A stretch of DNA of 14,037 nt from Candidatus Heimdallarchaeota archaeon. GTDB taxonomy: Archaea > Asgardarchaeota > Heimdallarchaeia > Hodarchaeales > Hodarchaeaceae. The translations under genes were made by a program, and so were the position numbers. Positions 1 to 7,651 of the stretch are shown here, one piece after another. The stretch lies in the NCBI GenBank assembly GCA_019057635.1, contig DXJL01000088.1, positions 1-14,037 of the forward strand, given 5' to 3'. Numbering within the stretch: position 1 is the first letter of the stretch; every line of letters starts with the position of its first letter. Under the pieces are notes generated by a model. That model saw only the letters and a program-made list of their open reading frames with translations, was not told the DNA's origin and searched no databases.

Positions 1-1
1 G

Positions 2-73
2 TTTGACCCAGAAAAAACAAAGAGTCAACGTGGTTTAGATATCTTAGCGGAAACGATTGTTGTCAAAGTTTAA
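2..73 (+). CDS. 3' end of an RDD-family membrane protein (partial, runs off the window start)
   Basis: Frame 2 reads FDPEKTKSQRGLDILAETIVVKV-TAA(71-73), matching the RDD C-terminal motif QRlgDxxAxTxVv. Not in the ORF track. Confidence 0.7.
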   Translation, partial: FDPEKTKSQRGLDILAETIVVKV

Positions 74-91
74 GAACAAAGTGATCATCAT

Positions 92-568
92 ATGGCAGGT
101 ATTGCACACTTAGGCATTGGGTTAGCATTTAAACTTCTCGTCCCTGATATTCCAGTTATAATTCTAGTCCTCTGCTCATATCTTCTTGATCTCTTATTCT
201 TTGTTTTTATGTTTGCGGGTTTTGAAGATATACCACGCTCTGATCGTATGACGGAAGCACCGTGGTCTCACAGTTTATTCATGGCTCTAATCTGGTCAGT
301 ACTTGCTGGATCAGCTGTCATGTTAATAAACCATGATTCTTATTCTAGTATCATCATAGCTCTTCTTGTTTTCAGTCATTGGGTGATAGACTTCATTGTT
401 TCCCCAATGACATATGTTTTTCCAAATGATACGGGAAAATTACTCCACCCCTTTGGAAAGTCATCAAAAGTAGGACTTGGTTTAGAGACGACTAAATTAG
501 GAGTTATCGCAATAGAAGGCGGTTCAGTTCTCCTTGGGGGAATAATTTTCATTTCAACAATGATCTGA
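92..568 (+). CDS. Membrane-bound metal-dependent hydrolase (YdjM-like)
   Basis: Hydrophobic 158 aa with an N-terminal His (GIAHL), LLDLL, WSHSL and SHWVID motifs typical of the family. GTGAT RBS-like motif at 81-85. Confidence 0.75.
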   Translation: MAGIAHLGIGLAFKLLVPDIPVIILVLCSYLLDLLFFVFMFAGFEDIPRSDRMTEAPWSHSLFMALIWSVLAGSAVMLINHDSYSSIIIALLVFSHWVIDFIVSPMTYVFPNDTGKLLHPFGKSSKVGLGLETTKLGVIAIEGGSVLLGGIIFISTMI

Positions 569-602
569 TACTGAAGAATTAAGAAGAAGAAAGTGATAAT
601 TG

Positions 603-1109
603 ATGAGTAACACTATTTTAGTGTATGCCACGCGCTGGGGTGCAACAACAGAAGCAACAAAAGAAATAATACGTATAATAGAGGATAAATTTGAAATAAA
701 GGTAGATTTAGTCAATCTTAAAGATAAAAAAACAAAGAATCCAGAGATTACGCCTTACGAGAATGTAATTCTCGGTGTTAGTGTAGCTAAATTTCGATGG
801 GCGAATGAAGGGAAAAGATTTCTCAAAAATAACAGGGATAAGCTTGCAGGAAAAAAGCTCTTTGTTTTTGTTTCTTCGGGTGGTGCTGGGGACGCATATA
901 AAGCCAATGACATGGAAAAATATGAAAAACTTCAGAAAAGATGGATTGATTATATTTTAGAAAAGTACAATCTCAAATATACCTCACGAAAAGCATTAGG
1001 AGGGCGATATGTCGGATCTTATAGCGATCGTGGGGACAATCGAGATTGGGGGGTTATTCGTAATTGGGCGGAAGAAGTAGGGACGATTATATCTGGTAAA
1101 AAGAGTTGA
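603..1109 (+). CDS. Flavodoxin-domain protein (Flavodoxin_5/HemG-like)
   Basis: FMN phosphate loop ILVYATRWGATTE, YENVILG, LFVFVSS, ALGGRY and C-terminal DNRDWGVIRNWAEE. ATG 603 is preferred over TTG 600; GTGAT at 593-597. Confidence 0.85.
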   Translation: MSNTILVYATRWGATTEATKEIIRIIEDKFEIKVDLVNLKDKKTKNPEITPYENVILGVSVAKFRWANEGKRFLKNNRDKLAGKKLFVFVSSGGAGDAYKANDMEKYEKLQKRWIDYILEKYNLKYTSRKALGGRYVGSYSDRGDNRDWGVIRNWAEEVGTIISGKKS

Positions 1110-1122
1110 ATCGATGAACTCC

Positions 1123-1356
1123 TCACAAAATGAAGATCATATAATTCCAATTAAACTTGGAATCGTTAATAGTTACCTTGTCCATGACTAAATTTGTCAG
1201 ACAACTATTTAGCAAATAGTTCTGGACAGGATGAGTCACACATCCACTATCCGGCAGGCTAGCAACAAAAGAATTGTTGCTTTCCATTGGGACTACTTGA
1301 ATCAGATCTTCTTGCGACATCCCATACACTTCTGAATTTCCACCAGATTGGGCCAT
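1123..1356 (-). CDS. Small hypothetical protein (may extend to 1428)
   Basis: 77-aa ORF filling the gap between two + strand genes. The frame stays open upstream to 1434 and a GAGGTG lies at 1444-1439. No recognisable motif. Confidence 0.3.
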   Translation of the reverse strand: MAQSGGNSEVYGMSQEDLIQVVPMESNNSFVASLPDSGCVTHPVQNYLLNSCLTNLVMDKVTINDSKFNWNYMIFIL

Positions 1357-1520
1357 TCTTCTCTTGCCTTTGACGGGTAACTCGTCTAACGAAGTTACAA
1401 GGGGAAATGACCTAGGAATTAAGAAAATTTTTTGTCATCACCTCGGAGTTGAAAAAGTAAGGGAAGGAGGCGTTTTAAGATTGTAAGGGAGAGAGGTCAG
1501 CGAATACGAGAGAGATTACT

Positions 1521-2150
1521 TTGTCTGACAAAAATGATCATGGAAAGGATGATTACATACTAATTGATACAGGTTACTGTAGAAAACGAAAAGAGTTGGA
1601 TAAGGTACTAACAAAGGAGGGCGTAGACCCTGAGAATCTTAAACTTGTTATCCTAACTCACCAGGACTTTGATCATTCAGGTAATTGTGTTTATCTCAGC
1701 GACAATTACCACTCAAAGATAGCTATGCATATGGAAGACTCTGAAGCAGTTCAGCGTGGGGATATGTTATGGTATAGAAAGAGAAGGAATATTTTCACCA
1801 GAGTTATACTTAAAATTCTATTAATAGTTTTTCGAATAGGTAAGTTTGAAAAATTCACCCCTGATCTCTTTCTCGATGAGGGGGATGACTTGTCGTCTTA
1901 TGGGTTTGATGCTCAAGTGCTACATCTTCCATGTCAATCCAAGGGTTCCATAGGAGTACTTACATCTAATGGAAACTTATTTTGTGGGGATCTTTTCATG
2001 AATTTCAAGAAACCTGACAAACCGACTCTTATTGATAGCAAAGAACAATTAAACGCTAGTATTGAGAAAGTATCTCAATGTAACCCAAACATTATTTTCC
2101 CTGGACACGGTAAACCATTCACCTTCGACCATTTCGAGAAAAGAGAATGA
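1521..2150 (+). CDS. MBL-fold metallo-hydrolase, N-terminally short and possibly inactive
   Basis: Motifs ILIDTG, LTHQDFDHSG, LFCGD and IFPGHG are present. The conserved PGH motif reads PCQ (1929-1937) and the usual first beta strands (vNxYLi) are missing. Confidence 0.8.
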   Translation: MSDKNDHGKDDYILIDTGYCRKRKELDKVLTKEGVDPENLKLVILTHQDFDHSGNCVYLSDNYHSKIAMHMEDSEAVQRGDMLWYRKRRNIFTRVILKILLIVFRIGKFEKFTPDLFLDEGDDLSSYGFDAQVLHLPCQSKGSIGVLTSNGNLFCGDLFMNFKKPDKPTLIDSKEQLNASIEKVSQCNPNIIFPGHGKPFTFDHFEKRE

Positions 2151-2159
2151 TTCTCATTT

Positions 2160-3095
2160 TCAGAAAATAGAAATTAAAATTGATCCAAAACAGACCAGAA
2201 GTATTCCAAGGGCTTGTAATGGAGAAAACTTTTCCTTAAGAAATATAATTCCCAGTATAACGGCAATTAGAGGATTAATTGAGGATATGGGGGTCGCTCT
2301 TGAGGTGCCTATTAATTCTATGGATGTAAAAAAGGTTACTGCTCCTATTCCCCAGCTGAGGATACCTGTGACACCGAATAGTAAAATATCTCGCCTAGAG
2401 ATTGGAGTATGTGATCTTGCCTTATCTATAGACCCCAAATGATATTTATCAAAGACTAGCCATGAGAGGGCCATAAGTACCGTTAAAATGGCAAATCGTA
2501 TTGTTGCCAACGAAAATACATCAACACCAGGGATTTCAAGTAAATGATCTAAGGTTAATATCCCGAAACTCCAGAAAATTGCTGCAACTATTGATAACAT
2601 TAGTCCTTTGTTAATATTGACTTCCTTTGATGAGGATGGTTCTCGAGAGGAATGATTTTTTTGAGAAACTAGTCCTATCCCTATTATCAAGATTATTGTT
2701 GCTATTATCACAACTAGAGAAACTTGTTCCACCCCAAAAAAGATGAGTAGGACGATCGTGAACAAAGGATACATTGAAGCCACAGGTTGTGATTTTGAAA
2801 CCTCTATTTTCTGCAGAGAAGCAAAAAAGAACAGATCTCCTAAGGTAACAAAAAGACTTGAGAAGAGAAGAATTGGTAAAACATCAAGGTGAAGGAGAAT
2901 TGATAATGCTTCAAAGCCAGTTGTTAACATTGTAAGTAAAGCCAGAAATGGGACCGCTATCATCCCCCGATAAACTATTGATAGGAAAAGAGAATGTTTA
3001 GCTTGGATAGTACCTTTATATAGCACTCCTGCGGATCCCCAACAACAGGCAGCGCTGAAAGCAAGAATTATTCCAAAAATTTCACTACTGGTCAA
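2160..3095 (-). CDS. DMT-superfamily EamA transporter
   Basis: 311 aa with about 10 TM helices in two EamA repeats (LAFSAACCWG...SMYPLF and LSIVAAIFWS...SINPLIAVILGIIFLKEKFS). TTG start. Confidence 0.92.
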   Translation of the reverse strand: MTSSEIFGIILAFSAACCWGSAGVLYKGTIQAKHSLFLSIVYRGMIAVPFLALLTMLTTGFEALSILLHLDVLPILLFSSLFVTLGDLFFFASLQKIEVSKSQPVASMYPLFTIVLLIFFGVEQVSLVVIIATIILIIGIGLVSQKNHSSREPSSSKEVNINKGLMLSIVAAIFWSFGILTLDHLLEIPGVDVFSLATIRFAILTVLMALSWLVFDKYHLGSIDKARSHTPISRRDILLFGVTGILSWGIGAVTFFTSIELIGTSRATPISSINPLIAVILGIIFLKEKFSPLQALGILLVCFGSILISIF

Positions 3096-3313
3096 AATTT
3101 GTCAATCCGCTACGTTGTTATTAGGATTTAAGCGGAATTTAAAATCTGATTTAAATAGGATTAGTGAACTTAATGTCCGTAATCCTTCCTAATCCGTTGT
3201 TTATTTCTTACTATTAGATATTATGTAGAAATAAAGACTCCTTAATCCTATAGTTTTTAAAAAGGAGATTAATAAGGTTAAACAACTTATTATCTTTAAA
3301 GGAAGTCATTGAA

Positions 3314-3876
3314 ATGTCCAAAAAAATTTAATTGCCTATGGTTCGCGTTTTGGTAGTACTGAAGAAATTTCACAAAAATTCAAACAGACATTGGAAGATA
3401 GGGGCTTCATTGTCGACATTTTTAATCTTCGATCGAAGAATTCGAATATACCTACTATTCTAACTTATGATGGTGTGTTACTCGGTTCTGGGATCCGAAT
3501 TGGTCGATGGACAAAGGAAGCGAAAAAGTTTCTGAAAAAATCAGTTATGACAATCAATGGTCAAAAATTAACCATTGGAATTTACTTAAGTTCAGGAGAG
3601 GCCTCTGATCCAGAGAAAAAGTCTGGAGCAGTTAATAAACTCCTTATTGAAGTTTTCAATGAAGTAGGGCTTGACATTGGAGATCATGTTCTCTATGATG
3701 CATTTGGTGGCGTCTATGATTTAAGTAAGACAACAAATCTTAATTGGATAAATAAGAAGATGTTAAGCGCCGCAGCTCAAGAAGATCCAGAAATGATTGT
3801 CCCGAACGAGAGAAGAGAATATCGTGATTGGAACCAGATTACCGAATTTCTTCAAAATTATATTTCGAAATTTTAA
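3314..3876 (+). pseudogene. Flavodoxin-domain protein with a 1-nt frameshift at codon ~5 (or a sequencing error)
   Basis: ATG TCC AAA AAA ATT TAA stops at 3331, while the -1 frame continues LIAYGSRFGSTEEIS... into the 3391-3876 ORF (YDGVLLGSGI, AFGGVYD, YRDWNQI). The tracked 3391 start would lack the FMN loop. Confidence 0.8.
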
Positions 3877-3909
3877 AAGGGGCTATACTGAGACGAATTT
3901 TAATTTATT

Positions 3910-5052
3910 CTATTCCTCTTCTGAATTCAGTGTATTAATTGTTAGGATCGAATCCTTGAAGATTAGAGAACTCACGATAATTAGAGCTGAGAATGTAGTT
4001 ATGAGGCCATTAAATAAGAATACATACCAGGACATACCAAATAAAAGTGAGCCATGAGCGCTTTGAAGGAATAGAAAATCTAATCCTAGATCGATAAAAT
4101 AGGTATCAGTGATTTCCAATAATATCGAACAAAAATATTGGAGGAACCCTAGAATGAGGACAAGGGCCCAAAGTGTGCGGGATTTTCGAAGATACTTATG
4201 AACTCCTTCAAGAGTTGATGCCAGAGCTACTCCCACGATTAGGAGTAATGATCCAAAGAAGAGATAATCAAAGTATCGATTATACTTGAATATTGATAAT
4301 GATATAAGTACACCATTTAAGGCAAGGGTGGGAGCAAGATAGGTTATTATTCCTGATATAATTAGAATAAGGGAGAGATGGCCTAAAACAAGTGAATCTC
4401 TCTGATTTGTCGGCTTATAGGAGAGTAACAAAGGAAGACCACCAATAAAGAGAAATATTATGCCAATGAAATAGAGATCACCCCAAGAAGTAGGTGACAT
4501 CCGAATAATTCGCAATAATGACCAATAAGCAAGGAGTGAGAGAAATTCTATTATGATACCAGTACAAACAAGTAAAAACCAGACCCGATTATAATTGGAT
4601 AATTCTTGAAAGTTCTCGGTGGAAAACATCAACACTAAATAATTCGAAAATGATATTATCATCCCTAGAATGAAATAATCAAACCATTTCTGGTTGGATC
4701 CAAGTATGGGCAGGATATTGGGATTTATTAAAAGTGAATATGAAATAAGCCCCAAGCCAATTATTCCGAATGCAATAAAGAATTTTTGGTATTTCTTTAA
4801 CTTTTCACGCTGATTTTTAGTTAATGCAGGTAAAATAAGTAACAATGCGAAAATTACTAAGTAGAATCCAAAAGCATAAAGGGCTAAATAGGTTATTCCA
4901 TAGAGAGAATTTACGGGGGCACCTAAGAGGGAATACTCGAAATCAATCTTAAAGATACCCAAAAAATATGTAAGACCAATTAATATGAGTAAAACACCAA
5001 CTAGTAAGATCCACCTAAGTACTCCTGTATATTTGATAATAAATTCTCTCAA
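3910..5052 (-). CDS. Uncharacterised polytopic membrane protein, ~10 TM, with five internal repeats
   Basis: Long hydrophobic ORF. Start re-assigned to TTG 5052 because GAGGTG (5067-5062) sits 9 nt upstream and a TATA-like box lies at 5108-5101. Confidence 0.8.
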   Translation of the reverse strand: MREFIIKYTGVLRWILLVGVLLILIGLTYFLGIFKIDFEYSLLGAPVNSLYGITYLALYAFGFYLVIFALLLILPALTKNQREKLKKYQKFFIAFGIIGLGLISYSLLINPNILPILGSNQKWFDYFILGMIISFSNYLVLMFSTENFQELSNYNRVWFLLVCTGIIIEFLSLLAYWSLLRIIRMSPTSWGDLYFIGIIFLFIGGLPLLLSYKPTNQRDSLVLGHLSLILIISGIITYLAPTLALNGVLISLSIFKYNRYFDYLFFGSLLLIVGVALASTLEGVHKYLRKSRTLWALVLILGFLQYFCSILLEITDTYFIDLGLDFLFLQSAHGSLLFGMSWYVFLFNGLITTFSALIIVSSLIFKDSILTINTLNSEEE

Positions 5053-5100
5053 ATGCTGAAACACCTCAATACATTTAGAATAAATGAATAACAAGGAATG

Positions 5101-5115
5101 TTATAAAATCTTTAC
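5101..5115 (-). promoter_or_regulatory. Putative archaeal BRE/TATA promoter of the 10-TM gene
   Basis: Minus strand reads TAAAGATTTTATAA, about 50 nt before TTG 5052, leaving room for a short leader containing GAGGTG. Confidence 0.45.
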
Positions 5116-5234
5116 TGATCTATTTCAAATCAAAATATGAAAGGTATCTGACGAAAACAATCATAGGTTAACCAAACCTACAATTATCTAAATAAAGGAT
5201 CAAATATACCTCATTGCCCTTAATCTAAACGATC

Positions 5235-5366
5235 TTATTTCAGAGGTAGATTACTTTCGCTAAGTTCTATTATAGCACGGAACACCTCAATTCCATCATC
5301 TATTTTGTCAGTAGAGTATGTTTTTCCTCCTAAAACCATTTTTAGATCAGTTAGATGTATCTGCAT
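5235..5366 (-). other. 43-codon small ORF or gene remnant
   Basis: MQIHLTDLKMVLGGKTYSTDKIDDGIEVFRAIIELSESNLPLK. It starts 2 nt after the TetR-like fragment's stop and has protein-like composition. Confidence 0.3.
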
Positions 5367-5368
5367 TA

Positions 5369-5572
5369 TCATAGTTTTCCAAAAAATAATTGCATAATTT
5401 CATCCGTTAATATGGTATTATCTTCATCACTGAATGTTTTCCGCTCTAATTGGACCTGCAATGCCAGATGGAGGCTTAACCCATCTAACATGGCAAAAAT
5501 TAACTGCGTTTTCAACTCAGGATTTGGAATTTTTAGCCTTTTAAATTCTTGAATCATTACTTTCAGTGAATT
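5369..5572 (-). pseudogene. C-terminal remnant of a TetR/AcrR-type regulator
   Basis: FKRLKIPNPELKTQLIFAMLDGLSLHLAL resembles TetR C-terminal helices (xPexxAxlixAxlDGLxlh). There is no HTH, and an in-frame TGA lies just upstream of NSLKVM. Confidence 0.6.
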
Positions 5573-5694
5573 TCATTCAATCTTGCTTTTTCTATTGCTG
5601 CTGCTCATAACCACCGTCGTAAACGTCTTTTATATTCAAGAGATTTTTCACGTTTTTGACATTCTCAATGTTCTTCAAATTTACTAAAAAGCCG

Positions 5695-5870
5695 AATCTA
5701 GGCATTAAATCATCCTTATCTTATCGATAAGTTGTTAGGTTATCACAAATGTTATCAAATGTAGTCATTTGTATTCACATGAGGTCATTAACTAGCTCGT
5801 TACCGAGGCCAGACTCCATCGTGTCGGATGTAACCCTACATCCTCTATCCTGTCAGCTGTAACAGCGTTC
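5695..5870 (-). ncRNA. Putative TnpB omega-RNA (reRNA) scaffold plus flank-derived guide; boundaries approximate
   Basis: Expected location at the tnpB 3' end and right end. Visible hairpins: GGATGTA-4nt-TACATCC (5826-5843), CTCG-GTAA-CGAG (5806-5817 region, 5806-5817 approximate), CAAATG-4nt-CATTTG (5756-5771) and the palindrome CTTATCGATAAG (5720-5731). Confidence 0.6.
5739..5761. repeat. Subterminal direct repeats of the IS right end
   Basis: GTTATCACAAATG (5739-5751) and GTTATCAAATG (5751-5761). The same TATCAAATG core recurs at 7620-7628 in the left end. Confidence 0.6.
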
Positions 5871-7000
5871 AGGAATGCTTTCTTCAGAATGTTGTAAGCA
5901 CCATTGACATCAGCATTAATAATAGTGCCTTCTTTGGATTTGAATAATCCTCTACTAATCCGTTTACCCAAATAATTGTTATTGTATTCTATAGGTTCAT
6001 TATCTAGAAATGAACACTTACTAGAATGGCTCTCCTCTTGTTTAATGACCGTTATACCATCCTCTTCCGCTTTATATTCCAACTGTTGTACTAGCTTGTA
6101 GTACGGAATGGACACAAAATTTTGAGTATTCTTCTTACCAATACGACATCTTTGTTTCCACTCGGGATTATAACCGATAACAACGGTTCCAATGTCGTGA
6201 TTCAGGCAATAATCAATGATTTCTTTACTAGATTTATGGAAATAATCTTTGATTTTATTGTTGCATTTTTTAGTCAGTTTTTGCAGTGTTTTTCCTGTTT
6301 TTATTCCCTGTCGGTCATAGATTGATTGAATACGTGCCCGTTCTTTGTTATAGTATTGATTCATAGATTTCACGACCCCACCCTTAACAACAAATGGTTT
6401 AAGCCCGTTGTTATTTACCGCAGTTATGAGGTTACTAACCCCTAAATCAATCGCAAGAATATTATCTTTGTTTAACGATTTAGGAACAAAATCTTTCCGA
6501 TAGACAATTTCTACCACATATCCTATCCCTTTCGGAATAATCCGTACTTCTCTAATGTTGGTAGTGTCAGACAGTCTTGTTTTTACTTCTAACCCCACTT
6601 TCTTAGGAAATTTGAGAACTTTATCTTTTATTTTCACCTGTTGATTGGTAAAAACCAGTATAAATTCCCCATTCTTGGGTTTATAGTTTGGAAGCTTAGG
6701 TCTACCCAAGAATTTACTTTTGTCCTTTTTCCAAACCTTGATGGCTCTAAAAAAGGATGTCCAGCTTCTATCAAGGATTTTTAAAACCTGTTGGGCAGTC
6801 TGAGCTGGTAGCTGTTGATAATTTTCAGATAATTTGATTAAATGGTACAAGGAATGATAGCGACTCCATTTGTTGTTATTGAAAAACTCCTGACGAATAA
6901 GATAGTTTCCGTCGTTAAAGAGGTTCTTTGATAAATGACACAGCCTAGATAGGTTTTCAGAGGGTTTTAACCATATCTGCTCTGTTCGAGTGACAATCAC
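5792..7000 (-). CDS. tnpB: RNA-guided endonuclease TnpB (IS607-associated, rearranged RuvC-II)
   Basis: 402 aa. RuvC-I LAIDLGVSN, RuvC-II region VVIGYNPEWKQ, QEESHSSKCS, RuvC-III INADVNGAYNI. The GTG start overlaps the tnpA stop (GTGA, 7000-6997). Confidence 0.95.
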   Translation of the reverse strand: MIVTRTEQIWLKPSENLSRLCHLSKNLFNDGNYLIRQEFFNNNKWSRYHSLYHLIKLSENYQQLPAQTAQQVLKILDRSWTSFFRAIKVWKKDKSKFLGRPKLPNYKPKNGEFILVFTNQQVKIKDKVLKFPKKVGLEVKTRLSDTTNIREVRIIPKGIGYVVEIVYRKDFVPKSLNKDNILAIDLGVSNLITAVNNNGLKPFVVKGGVVKSMNQYYNKERARIQSIYDRQGIKTGKTLQKLTKKCNNKIKDYFHKSSKEIIDYCLNHDIGTVVIGYNPEWKQRCRIGKKNTQNFVSIPYYKLVQQLEYKAEEDGITVIKQEESHSSKCSFLDNEPIEYNNNYLGKRISRGLFKSKEGTIINADVNGAYNILKKAFLNAVTADRIEDVGLHPTRWSLASVTS

Positions 7001-7584
7001 TGGTCTATCTTCACTTCAATACTTCTTTTACGTCTTTTACTGGAGAGTTTCATAGAGTAGTGATGTAAGAGGGCAATAATTTCTTCAAACACTTCCTCTG
7101 AATCTAATTTTGGATTACCCACCTCGGAAATAACAACAATTTCAGTCCCGTATTTTTGAAAGAGATGATTAAACAATTCAAATCCTACTCTTGATAGTCG
7201 GTCTTTGTAGGTGATAATAACTCTTTCAACCCGATAATCCACCACCTCATCAAGCATCGAAAAAAACTCTTTTCTTCTTTCAAAAGAAATACCTGAGGCG
7301 ATATCTGAATAAATACCATGAATAATATGACCATTCATAAAAGCCCATTGTTTAAGATGTTCTATTTGCTGTTTTAAGTCATTTTTTTGTTTGTAAGTTG
7401 ATACTCGGGCATAAAGATAAGTCTTTCTTTTAACATTTTTATTTAGAATGGCATAAACATCATCATTATCATATTCAAAGAACCCTGACGGAAGTTGATG
7501 TGATTTAATAATTTTTTCTTTACGATAACGGTATAGGGTTGGTCTAGAGATTTTTAGTAACCGTAACACTTCTCCTGCTTTCAT
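6997..7584 (-). CDS. tnpA: IS607-family transposase (N-terminal MerR-like HTH + serine recombinase)
   Basis: MKAGEVLRLLKISRPTLYRY HTH, catalytic YARVS, DIASG and YKDRLSRVGF motifs; 195 aa. Confidence 0.96.
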   Translation of the reverse strand: MKAGEVLRLLKISRPTLYRYRKEKIIKSHQLPSGFFEYDNDDVYAILNKNVKRKTYLYARVSTYKQKNDLKQQIEHLKQWAFMNGHIIHGIYSDIASGISFERRKEFFSMLDEVVDYRVERVIITYKDRLSRVGFELFNHLFQKYGTEIVVISEVGNPKLDSEEVFEEIIALLHHYSMKLSSKRRKRSIEVKIDQ

Positions 7585-7606
7585 TTATTATTCCTACTGC
7601 GAGTTA

Positions 7607-7651
7607 CTATATTTAATTATATCAAATGAATAAACTCTTTATAAAGTTTAT
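7607..7651 (-). promoter_or_regulatory. IS left end with candidate tnpA TATA boxes and a nested palindrome
   Basis: Minus-strand TTAAATAT about 24 nt before the tnpA ATG. ATAAACT...AGTTTAT (7630-7636/7645-7651) encloses the palindrome CTTTATAAAG (7637-7646). Confidence 0.45.

Noticed and set aside
2062-2442. 126-aa + strand ORF
   Set aside because: Overlaps the MBL gene and lies antisense to the EamA gene; a shadow ORF with no motifs.
3281-3290. AACAACTTAT matches the minus strand near the IS right end (possible TnpB guide target in the flavodoxin promoter)
   Set aside because: Only 10 AT-rich nt, no matching TAM, and it lies inside the preferred element boundary rather than in the guide.
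3797-4057. 86-aa + strand ORF
   Set aside because: Straddles the ends of two convergent genes; no RBS or motif.
5355-5552. 65-aa + strand ORF
   Set aside because: Antisense shadow of the TetR-like remnant.
6122-6325. 67-aa ORF antisense to tnpB
   Set aside because: Shadow ORF within a well-supported gene.
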